This document shows positions 8,165 to 15,985 of a stretch of DNA of 46,060 bases, piece after piece (positions within the stretch are counted from its first letter, which is position 1; the number at the start of each line of letters is the position of its first letter). Below the pieces are notes generated by a model. The model saw only the letters and a program-made list of their open reading frames with translations, had not been told where the DNA came from and ran no database searches. The DNA is taken from the UHGV virus genome UHGV-1373565. One strand, 5' to 3'. The DNA is from a virus. Position numbers and translations under genes: made by a program.

Positions 8165-8638
8165 ATGTTTAATACTCTATTCTATATAGACGAATCAAGC
8201 CCAAGTGGTCTTAAGTGGAAATGCAACAGAGGTAATCAGAAATTTAAGGATAAGCCAGCAGGCACTTTGAATAATAGAGGCTACTGGGTTGTTGAGGTAA
8301 ATCATAAAAGTCTAGTAGTTCATAGGATTATAGCGATACTTAACAATTTGTTAGATGATTACTATTGTGATTTAGAGGTCGATCATATTAACAGAGATAG
8401 GTCGGATAACAGGTTATCTAACTTAAGGGTTGTTACTAGGAGAATAAACCTTACTAACAAGGGTATATACAAGAATAATAAATCTGGTGTAGCTGGTGTC
8501 TATTGGTGTAAGGGTAGACCTAAGTTATCTGTTATAATTAGCTACAATGGCAAGAAGTATCACTTAGGATACTTTGACACATTACTAGATGCTGTATCAG
8601 CGAGGTTAGGTAAGCTTAATGAACTTAAACGAATTTGA
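8165..8638 (+). CDS. Free-standing HNH homing endonuclease (HNH_3 family with AP2-like C-terminal domain).
   Basis: EVDHINRDRSDNRLSNLRVV motif; AT-rich composition unlike its neighbours; ggaggg RBS. Confidence 0.8.
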   Translation: MFNTLFYIDESSPSGLKWKCNRGNQKFKDKPAGTLNNRGYWVVEVNHKSLVVHRIIAILNNLLDDYYCDLEVDHINRDRSDNRLSNLRVVTRRINLTNKGIYKNNKSGVAGVYWCKGRPKLSVIISYNGKKYHLGYFDTLLDAVSARLGKLNELKRI

Positions 8639-9707
8639 TTTTGGCGCTGAGGTAACTGAGCGAGTAAGCCCTGTAAAGCTATGGCCTACTGATGGTAGCG
8701 TGGTTGGCTTAGTGGATGCTGACCTATTACCATATAACATTGCTTATGGCCTTGACCCGCTGAAGGTACTACGAGCACAGAACAGAGTAGAGTCAGGCTC
8801 TTGCTCCTGTATTGCAGAGACACCTGAGTTTATTGATGCTGCTGAGTCTATGGCTACCCGCATGAATAACTGGCTAGAAGAAGCTGGCTGTGATGCCGCC
8901 ATTCCCTACATGACGAAATCAGATAGCAACTTCAGACTTGATGTAGCTTTCTCCAGACCATACAAAGGTCAGCGTAAGAAGGAGAAGCCACCATTCTTCT
9001 ATGAGCTGCGTGATTTCCTTATCAGCCATATGGGTGCAGTGATGTCAGATGGTGAGGAGGCAGATGACCTTATCTCTATGGAAGCTGAGCGGCGCAACAA
9101 GCTTCTTGAGGAACAGGGTATTGTACTAGGCTCACCCACTCATAAAGAGTTCTGTGACTTTGTGATTATCTCATCTGATAAGGATAGCCGCATCACAGCT
9201 GGCAGACACTACGACCCTTATCACATGAAGCTAACCTTTGGCACACCTCTAGGTGAGCTTGAGCCTGTCTATAAAGACGGGAAGATTAAGTCCATCAAGG
9301 GAAGTGGTTTGCGCTTCTTCTATGCGCAACTCCTCATGGGCGACCAGATTGATAACTACACTGGTATCCCTCGTTATAGATTGCAGAAGGTCTACGAGCT
9401 GCTCGGTCAGCTTAAGACAGAGCAAGAACTTTATTACACTGTACTTGAAGCTTATAAAGATAAGTATGGCAAAGGTATGGTGGTGGAAAACTACCGTGGA
9501 ACTAAGAAGTTCTATGATGATTACATGGATGACTTTGGAGTACCGCCACCTGATTATGAACTTTGGAAAGGCAAGAAAGCTTTCCTCACACCTTATCAGC
9601 TGATGGTAGAGCAAGGGAGACTTGCGTACATGCAGAAGTTTAAGGGTGACATCTGGAGAGCTAATTGCAAGCTTCCATCAGGTGGAGACTTGAATGCATG
9701 GAGTTAA
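8619..9707 (+). CDS. 5'-3' exonuclease (T7 gp6 / FEN-like).
   Basis: N-terminal VVGLVDADLLPYNIAY resembles the Pol I 5'-exo motif LLVDG..LAYR; position after the DNAP. Start overlaps the HNH gene by 20 nt. Confidence 0.6.
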   Translation: MNLNEFDFGAEVTERVSPVKLWPTDGSVVGLVDADLLPYNIAYGLDPLKVLRAQNRVESGSCSCIAETPEFIDAAESMATRMNNWLEEAGCDAAIPYMTKSDSNFRLDVAFSRPYKGQRKKEKPPFFYELRDFLISHMGAVMSDGEEADDLISMEAERRNKLLEEQGIVLGSPTHKEFCDFVIISSDKDSRITAGRHYDPYHMKLTFGTPLGELEPVYKDGKIKSIKGSGLRFFYAQLLMGDQIDNYTGIPRYRLQKVYELLGQLKTEQELYYTVLEAYKDKYGKGMVVENYRGTKKFYDDYMDDFGVPPPDYELWKGKKAFLTPYQLMVEQGRLAYMQKFKGDIWRANCKLPSGGDLNAWS

Positions 9708-10105
9708 AGAAAACTACTAAAGCCGATTTAGTTTGGATTAAGAAAGAGCTGCTGGAGAAGCAGCGTTACCGTTGCCCTATTACTGGTAGAGATTTACGGA
9801 CAATGAAGCCAGCTAACTTGTGTGTTGACCACTGTCACACATCAGGTGTTATTAGAGCTGTGCTGCCAAAGGGTATCAATGGACTTGAAGGAAAGATTAA
9901 AACACTGATGCAACGGTTTGGTGGCTTTGAGGTCACTGATGTAGTAGGACAGGCCAAGGCCTTATATGCACTAGCAGACTTCATCCTCTTACACAGAGTG
10001 CCACAGACACCTTATCTGCATCATACACACCTGTCACCAGCAGAGCAGAGGGCTAAGCGTAATGCTCAGGCTCGTAAGCGGTATGCTTTGAAGAAGAAGG
10101 AGTAA
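9698..10105 (+). CDS. Endonuclease VII-family (HNH) protein, possible Holliday-junction resolvase.
   Basis: CPITG...CVDHCHTSGVIRAVL motif, paralogous to the intron ORF at 5462. Basic C-terminus. An in-frame upstream ATG at 9665 is an alternative start. Confidence 0.6.
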   Translation: MELKKTTKADLVWIKKELLEKQRYRCPITGRDLRTMKPANLCVDHCHTSGVIRAVLPKGINGLEGKIKTLMQRFGGFEVTDVVGQAKALYALADFILLHRVPQTPYLHHTHLSPAEQRAKRNAQARKRYALKKKE

Positions 10106-11229
10106 TGATGACTAAGATGACTGAGAAGCAGCTAAAGGAATGCCTTGTAGCTAAGATGACAACCAGTGAGATTGCCAAGAAGTTTGGACTGTCTCATAGG
10201 GCTGTTCAGGTTCGCAAGGCAGCTTTAGCCAAGAAAGGCTACAGCCCTGAGCATGACATGGTGCATCAGGTTCCTGAGGGCTTCTTGCTTAAGGGTCAGT
10301 CAACCTTATATGGTAAGGATGGGGATGTTAAGCTGACTTGGGTTAAGTCATCTATTGACCGTGATAAGCAGCTTGAGCTACTACGCGAGTTCATTGCTGG
10401 CATGGGTGATGACTTGCCCCGTGAGCTTCCAGTTACCTGTGGCGGTGTTGGTAGTGATGATCTGTTAAATCAGTTCACTATTACTGACTACCACTTAGGT
10501 ATGCTGGCATGGGATGAGGAGGCTGGTGACAATTGGGATATGAAGATTGCAACTAACCTTATCCTCAAGTGGTTCCAAGAAGCTATCCGCTGTAGCCCTA
10601 TGGCTAAGACAGCTGTTCTGGCTCAGCTTGGAGACTTCTTGCATTGGGATGGCTTGGATGCAGTTACTCCAAGTAGCGGTCATGTGCTTGATGCTGACAC
10701 ACGCTTCCAGAAGCTGGCTCGTGCTGCCATCTACATCACAAGAGCTGTGATTAAGATGCTGCTTGAGAAGCATGAGAAAGTTCATGTTGTCTTTGCAGAA
10801 GGTAATCATGATATGGCTAGCTCAATCTGGATGCGTGAGTTCCTTACAGTGATGTATGAGAATGAGCCTCGTATTACTATTGACCAAAGTCCAGACCCTT
10901 ATTATTGCTATGTGCATGGTGATACTACATTGTTCTACCATCATGGGCATAAGAAGAAGATGGAGCAGTTGTCTGATGTGTTCGCTGCTAAGTTCCGTAG
11001 TGAGTGGGGTGCTAGTAAATACTCCTATGCTCACGTAGGTCACTTGCATCATCACAAGGTGATTGAAAGCCCACTGATGAAGGTAGAGCAGCATCAGACT
11101 CTTGCAGCTAAGGATGCTTATGCAAGCCGTGGTGGTTGGCTGAGCAAGCGAGCTGCTACTGTCATCACTTACCATAAGAAGTTTGGGGAAGTATGTAGGG
11201 CTACCATCACACCTGAGATGGTGAGTTAG
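10105..11229 (+). CDS. Calcineurin-like metallophosphoesterase (Mre11/SbcD-type motifs) with an N-terminal HTH domain.
   Basis: Motifs DYH, GDFLHWDG, GNHD, HHGH, GHLHH in the canonical order; N-terminal segment TTSEIAKKFGLSHRAVQ looks like an HTH. Confidence 0.6.
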   Translation: MMTKMTEKQLKECLVAKMTTSEIAKKFGLSHRAVQVRKAALAKKGYSPEHDMVHQVPEGFLLKGQSTLYGKDGDVKLTWVKSSIDRDKQLELLREFIAGMGDDLPRELPVTCGGVGSDDLLNQFTITDYHLGMLAWDEEAGDNWDMKIATNLILKWFQEAIRCSPMAKTAVLAQLGDFLHWDGLDAVTPSSGHVLDADTRFQKLARAAIYITRAVIKMLLEKHEKVHVVFAEGNHDMASSIWMREFLTVMYENEPRITIDQSPDPYYCYVHGDTTLFYHHGHKKKMEQLSDVFAAKFRSEWGASKYSYAHVGHLHHHKVIESPLMKVEQHQTLAAKDAYASRGGWLSKRAATVITYHKKFGEVCRATITPEMVS

Positions 11230-11246
11230 AAACTACAATAGGACTA
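11225..11246 (+). promoter_or_regulatory. Phage promoter variant (ttagaaactacaataggacta).
   Basis: Core ACTACAATAGG conserved; upstream half divergent. Confidence 0.5.
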
Positions 11247-11268
11247 ACAACTTAGGAAACTTACTGTA

Positions 11269-11829
11269 ATGAAAGATACTTATATCTTTGACTTGGATGG
11301 TACATTAGCTTGTGGTAAGCACCGCTTGCATCTACTGCCAACTAAGGATACTGCACACCGTACAGAAGCTTGGGATAGTTTCAATCTGGCTGCTGGTGGC
11401 GATGCTCCAATCCTTGACAACATCCGACTGATGAATGAACTGTTCCAGTTTGGTAAGCGTATCATCATCCTGTCTGGTCGTTGCGATGTAGCTAAGGCTA
11501 TTACTGAGAAGTGGCTGTGGGAACATGGCTGTAACTTCAATCAGCTTATTATGCGCCCAGCAGCTGACCATCGTCGTGATATTGAGTTCAAGGAAGAAAA
11601 GCTGCGTGAGATTGGCCTTGAGCGAATTGTAGCTTGCTTTGATGACCTTGAGCACGTAGCTAAGCATATCCGAAGCTTGGGTGTTACTTGTCATCTTGTC
11701 ACTCACTATGACACTAACTGCGTCTCTGTGAGTCAGCATGTTCGCTATCCCGGCCTTATTCGTGGAGTAGGTCAGTATGAGCAGGGGTACAACCAAGCCA
11801 TTGCAGACACCAAGGAGCTTAACAAATGA
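11269..11829 (+). CDS. HAD-superfamily phosphatase (nucleotidase / PNK-phosphatase-like).
   Basis: N-terminal FDLDGTL motif (DxDGT). Confidence 0.6.
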   Translation: MKDTYIFDLDGTLACGKHRLHLLPTKDTAHRTEAWDSFNLAAGGDAPILDNIRLMNELFQFGKRIIILSGRCDVAKAITEKWLWEHGCNFNQLIMRPAADHRRDIEFKEEKLREIGLERIVACFDDLEHVAKHIRSLGVTCHLVTHYDTNCVSVSQHVRYPGLIRGVGQYEQGYNQAIADTKELNK

Positions 11830-12392
11830 TTGTAATCCTTAACGCTCCACCCGCATCTGGTAAAGATACTATTGGTGGGATCTTAGCTGACTGGCATGGC
11901 TGGAAAGCACTGAGCTTTAAGAAGCCTATGTTTGACTTGGCTAAGTCTTTGCTAGGTGAAGATAAGTATGCACAGTTCCTTGAGCTGTACAATGACCGCA
12001 GCACTAAGGACAAGCCTACTGGCATTTGTGGTGGACTGTCACCTCGTGACTTCTTCATCCATATCTCTGAGAAGATGTGCAAGCCTCTGTTTGGTGAACA
12101 ATACTTTGGTGAGCGCTTTCTTGAGCTGGTCAGCAATGAGGTAACTACTGTAGTTACTGATGGAGGCTTCCATCAAGAGGTTCGTCCTATGCTGGATGCT
12201 GGTCATACGGTTGTTATTGTACGCTTGTTCCGCAAGGGCTATGACTTCTCTAATGACTCACGCCGATATTTAACTGAGCAGGACTTCTCAGACTTGCCAA
12301 CTTTCCGTAGTCCTTCATTCCTTGATGTAGAGCTTATAGATGGCCAACCATACCGTGCAGCTGATTACATCTTCAATAAGCTAGAGGGTTAA
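11826..12392 (+). CDS. Deoxynucleoside monophosphate kinase (T4 gp1-like P-loop kinase).
   Basis: LNAPPASGKDT P-loop; TDGGFHQEVRPMLDAGHTVVIV aligns with T4 dNMP kinase PDTRQDHEMDAARAMGATVIHV. Confidence 0.6.
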   Translation: MIVILNAPPASGKDTIGGILADWHGWKALSFKKPMFDLAKSLLGEDKYAQFLELYNDRSTKDKPTGICGGLSPRDFFIHISEKMCKPLFGEQYFGERFLELVSNEVTTVVTDGGFHQEVRPMLDAGHTVVIVRLFRKGYDFSNDSRRYLTEQDFSDLPTFRSPSFLDVELIDGQPYRAADYIFNKLEG

Positions 12393-12393
12393 T

Positions 12394-13380
12394 ATGAACG
12401 TATTTGAGTTCCTTGGATACCCAGCTGACCATCGCCCCAAGAATAAGGTTGTGCAGCTGGTTAAGCATTGGGATGAAGTACCTGAAAGCCGTAAGCTATA
12501 TCCATACTATGCGCAGGTCAAGAAAGATGGTGTGTTTGGTATTGTTGTGGTAACTAAGGATGATGATGGCAACATTGCTGTTGCTGTCTTTGGTCGCACT
12601 GGTGAGCAGCTCAGTAACACTGAGGCAATCTGCTCACGCTTCCTTGAGGGCTACATTGCTGAGGGCATCTACATAGGGGAGGTACTGACTCAAGCTCCAT
12701 GCAGCCTTGAGGAGCTGTCAGGTATCCTCAACCCTAATCGTGTCAATAAGCTGGACATCAATCAGGAAGTTATCAAGTGGAACTTGTACATTGCTCTGCA
12801 TGACTGCTTAACTAAGAAGATGTTTATTGCTGGTACATCAGCTGGCATAAGCTATCACACAAGACACGCCAGCTTGATGAAGCGTATTGCAGGTACTGAC
12901 CTAGAGGAAAGCGCACTGTCCTATACAGTCATCCACGATGACCACCAGAAAGAGCAGTTCACTAAAGCTTGCATTGCTGCTGGTGAGGAGGGTGCAGTCT
13001 ACAAGCGTCCTGGCTGTGAGTGGGAAGCTGGTCACAAAGGCTGGCATCAGATGAAGGAAGTACGTGAGGTAACGTATGACCTAAAGTGTGTAGACTACGA
13101 GGAAGGGTCAGGCAAGTACAAAGGAAAGGTCGCTAACCTAATCTTCCAATGGAAAGGTGGGGATACTATCAAAGCTATGCTTGGCAAAGGTTATACACAT
13201 GCTGATGCTGAGAAGATGTTCATAGCTATCACTAAGCTTGGATATTTTGATGGTGAGCACCTTGAAAGCCCTATTGGAAAAGTCTTCCGTATTCGTGGCC
13301 TGCAAGATAGTAGCAAAGGTAAGATTCGCTTACCCAAGGTGCAGGAGGAGCGCCATGACAAGTCAGAAGGTGACTTTTAA
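12394..13380 (+). CDS. ATP-dependent DNA ligase.
   Basis: Adenylation motif I KxDG (QVKKDGVFG); size similar to T7 ligase; C-terminus ends EGDF. Confidence 0.75.
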   Translation: MNVFEFLGYPADHRPKNKVVQLVKHWDEVPESRKLYPYYAQVKKDGVFGIVVVTKDDDGNIAVAVFGRTGEQLSNTEAICSRFLEGYIAEGIYIGEVLTQAPCSLEELSGILNPNRVNKLDINQEVIKWNLYIALHDCLTKKMFIAGTSAGISYHTRHASLMKRIAGTDLEESALSYTVIHDDHQKEQFTKACIAAGEEGAVYKRPGCEWEAGHKGWHQMKEVREVTYDLKCVDYEEGSGKYKGKVANLIFQWKGGDTIKAMLGKGYTHADAEKMFIAITKLGYFDGEHLESPIGKVFRIRGLQDSSKGKIRLPKVQEERHDKSEGDF

Positions 13381-13546
13381 GAGTAAGCAGCAAGCTATGG
13401 AGTTTGCCATCAACACTTTTGTAGATGGCAATCAACTCACATCAGCTGAGCAGGAAGCTGTTCAAGCTGCTGGTGTTAACATCAAACAGGTAGAGGATTA
13501 TGTCAGACAAGCACTCGGTTCCAATGAACCTGAAGGAGAGGATTAG
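13355..13546 (+). CDS. Hypothetical small protein (63 aa).
   Basis: aggagga RBS 6 nt upstream of the ATG; overlaps the ligase 3' end. Confidence 0.35.
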   Translation: MTSQKVTFKSKQQAMEFAINTFVDGNQLTSAEQEAVQAAGVNIKQVEDYVRQALGSNEPEGED

Positions 13547-13730
13547 TGACGATGAGTATCCGAATCCTAAAAAACCTACTGCTCTTGACTTACCTACATA
13601 CTCCTTCTTGGATGACGCACTACGTACCCCGACAACTAACTATCGCTCGGAGATGCATGAGTTCATCCGTAAGGAAGTCATACAAGAACTACGAGGGGTT
13701 ATCTTCTCATGCCTCAAACTCCGCAAGTAA
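13500..13730 (+). CDS. Hypothetical protein (76 aa).
   Basis: gagga RBS; the alternative-frame ORF 13546-13776 was judged less likely. Confidence 0.35.
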   Translation: MSDKHSVPMNLKERISDDEYPNPKKPTALDLPTYSFLDDALRTPTTNYRSEMHEFIRKEVIQELRGVIFSCLKLRK

Positions 13731-14170
13731 GAGATGCAGGACACCTAGACCTGCTTATACTAGCAAGCCTTGCTAATGAGTACGCGCAAGAAGTTACTGA
13801 GATGAAACAGCATCCGGTGGACGCGAATGTACTCATGCAGGGATTGGCAGCTACCTTAGGTAATCCAACGGGATACCTGAAGATCTTAACTGTTGATGGT
13901 AAGGTGGTAGGTGGCTTTTGGGGCTGCTTAACCCATATGCCTTGGTCAGCGACATTAGTTGCACAGGACATTATCATCTTTGTTAATAAGGACTTCAGGG
14001 GTTATGGTAGGCTGCTGATAGATGACTGGCTCAAGTGGGCTAAGTCAGTGGGCGCAAAGGAAGTGTGCCTTAGCACAGCCTCAGGTATTGCAACAGAAAC
14101 TACCTGCAAGCTGTTTGAAAGATTAGGATTCCGCAAAGTAGGCTATATGTATTCTAAGGAGGTTACATGA
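13709..14170 (+). CDS. GNAT-family N-acetyltransferase.
   Basis: RGYGRLLIDDWLKWAKSVGAKEV resembles the acetyl-CoA-binding motif (R/Q-x-x-G-x-G/A). Confidence 0.55.
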   Translation: MPQTPQVRDAGHLDLLILASLANEYAQEVTEMKQHPVDANVLMQGLAATLGNPTGYLKILTVDGKVVGGFWGCLTHMPWSATLVAQDIIIFVNKDFRGYGRLLIDDWLKWAKSVGAKEVCLSTASGIATETTCKLFERLGFRKVGYMYSKEVT

Positions 14171-14373
14171 GCATGAGTAAACCTAAGGTTCCAGCATACA
14201 ACCCGCCAGCTGCTAAGCCTGAGCGTCAGGTTGATGTTGAGCCTGAGGACGTACAGCTGGGGGATGAAGCCAGCCAAGATACAACTAAGAAAGGTAAACG
14301 TGCTCTTATGCGCCCAAGTGGTGTTATGAGCGGTGCAAACGCTGGTGGCAGTGGTGCTGGCTTAGCAGTCTAA
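14167..14373 (+). CDS. Small Pro/Gly-rich protein (68 aa), T7 gp6.7-like virion protein candidate.
   Basis: Composition, and position immediately upstream of the portal gene. Confidence 0.35.
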   Translation: MSMSKPKVPAYNPPAAKPERQVDVEPEDVQLGDEASQDTTKKGKRALMRPSGVMSGANAGGSGAGLAV

Positions 14374-14382
14374 GGAGGGCTT

Positions 14383-15975
14383 ATGAGAGGGTATAGCCCT
14401 ATCATCACTAAAGGTGGTGATGTTCCTTATATGAACAATCGCATGAAGGTTAAGGAAGAATCTGGCAAGCCAAAGTCAACCCTAGCTGAGCGATACAAAA
14501 CCCTCTCAGCTAAGAGGGAGACACAGCTCTCACGAGCTAAGATGTATGCAAAGATTACCTTGCCTGCTCTGTTCACTGAAGACCAGAGTACTGACCAAGG
14601 TGATGCATACACTCAGAATAGCTGGCAGAGCTTAGGTGCGCAGGGTGTTAATCATCTGGCTAACAAGTTGGTTATGACTTGGTTCCCGCCACAGCGTTCT
14701 TTCTTTAAGCTAGAGTTTACCGATGAAGCTAAGCAGGCCTTGTATGATGCTGGCACAAGTGATGTTGACTTGCTAAGTATTATGGCTAGAGCTGAGAACA
14801 AAGCTAGGCTGCTGCATGAGCAAATCCAAGGACGCATTGCATGGACACAAGCTGCTAAGCATTTAATTGTTGCTGGCAATGCTATGTTGTATGCGCCACT
14901 TAATGATAGTCTTGTATGCTATCCAATGGATAAGTATGTAGTTAAGCGTTCAAAGACTGGACGTGTAACTCAGATGATTCTTGAAGAAGTCAAGTGCTTG
15001 AGTGAGTTCCCTCCAGCTGTTCAAGCTATTATCAAGGCTAAGAGATTTAATCTTAAGCAAGATGATACTGTTGAGCTGTACACACAGGCTAAGTGGGATG
15101 GCAGCATGTATGTCATCACTCAGGAAGTTGTGGATACCACAATAGGTAAGGAGTACCGAGTCAAGCCTGAGGAGTCACCATTCATCGTTCTAACTTGGGA
15201 GCGTCTGTATGGTGAGGACTATGGCCGTGGCTTGGTAGAATCAAGCTACGGTGATTTGTTCACTTATGCTTTCCTGTCTAAAGCTGTTGCTAAAGGCTGT
15301 GCGCTTATGTCAGAGGTTAAGTTCCTCGTCAAGCGTGGTTCAGCTACTTCACCTACCGCACATGCTAAAGCTGAAACTGGTGATTATGTATGGGGCGAGG
15401 AAGGTGATGTAAGTGTTGTACAGCTAGAGAAGTATGGTGATTACCAGACAGTCTTATCAGTTCTTGAAACATACTCTAAGCGACTAGGTCAGGCATTCCT
15501 TCTAGCATCTGCTAACCGCAGGGATGCAGAGCGAGTGACAACCTATGAGCTGCGTATGGATGCAATGGAGCTGGAGACATCATTAGGTGGAACCTATTCC
15601 CAGGTTGCTGTATCAGGTCAGTTACCTTATGCTAACCTGTTGCTCAAGCGCTCTGGCTTTAAGCTCCCTGCTACTGATGCTGTACCAATTATTATCACAG
15701 GTATTGAGGCGCTTGGTAAAGCTGGTGAGCTTGATAAGCTTATGCAGCTGTCAGAGATGATGGCAATCCCTAATAGCTGGTCGCCAGCTGCACAGGAGCG
15801 CATCAAGTGGTCTGACTATATTGCATTCATCGCAGCTAACCTTAACATGGAAACCAGCTGGCTGATGACTGAAGATGAGTACAATAAGATGAAGCAGGCG
15901 CAGCAACAGCAAATGCAGCAACAGCAACTTATGGAAGCTGCTGGAAAAGCTGCTCCACAAATGATGAAACAATAA
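14383..15975 (+). CDS. Portal (head-tail connector) protein, T7 gp8-like.
   Basis: ITLPALFTEDQS...WQSLGAQGVNHLANKL aligns with T7 gp8 TIPSLFPKDSD...WQAVGARGLNNLASKL; Q-rich C-terminus. The ATG at 14431 fits the T7 N-terminus better; the ATG at 14383 has the stronger SD. Confidence 0.85.
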   Translation: MRGYSPIITKGGDVPYMNNRMKVKEESGKPKSTLAERYKTLSAKRETQLSRAKMYAKITLPALFTEDQSTDQGDAYTQNSWQSLGAQGVNHLANKLVMTWFPPQRSFFKLEFTDEAKQALYDAGTSDVDLLSIMARAENKARLLHEQIQGRIAWTQAAKHLIVAGNAMLYAPLNDSLVCYPMDKYVVKRSKTGRVTQMILEEVKCLSEFPPAVQAIIKAKRFNLKQDDTVELYTQAKWDGSMYVITQEVVDTTIGKEYRVKPEESPFIVLTWERLYGEDYGRGLVESSYGDLFTYAFLSKAVAKGCALMSEVKFLVKRGSATSPTAHAKAETGDYVWGEEGDVSVVQLEKYGDYQTVLSVLETYSKRLGQAFLLASANRRDAERVTTYELRMDAMELETSLGGTYSQVAVSGQLPYANLLLKRSGFKLPATDAVPIIITGIEALGKAGELDKLMQLSEMMAIPNSWSPAAQERIKWSDYIAFIAANLNMETSWLMTEDEYNKMKQAQQQQMQQQQLMEAAGKAAPQMMKQ

Positions 15976-15985
15976 GAGGTGTTAA

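Noticed and set aside
11826-12392. Interpretation as a polynucleotide 5'-kinase (Pnk) forming a split Pnkp with the HAD phosphatase.
   Set aside because: The sequence aligns along its length with the T4 gp1 dNMP kinase (P-loop SGKDT and the DTRQDHE-like region), so dNMP kinase is the better-supported call. The end-healing idea is kept only as a low-weight alternative.
13546-13776. 76-aa ORF in an alternate frame overlapping 13500-13730 and the GNAT gene start.
   Set aside because: No RBS and a hydrophobic low-complexity translation. The 13500 frame has a gagga RBS and a more protein-like sequence.
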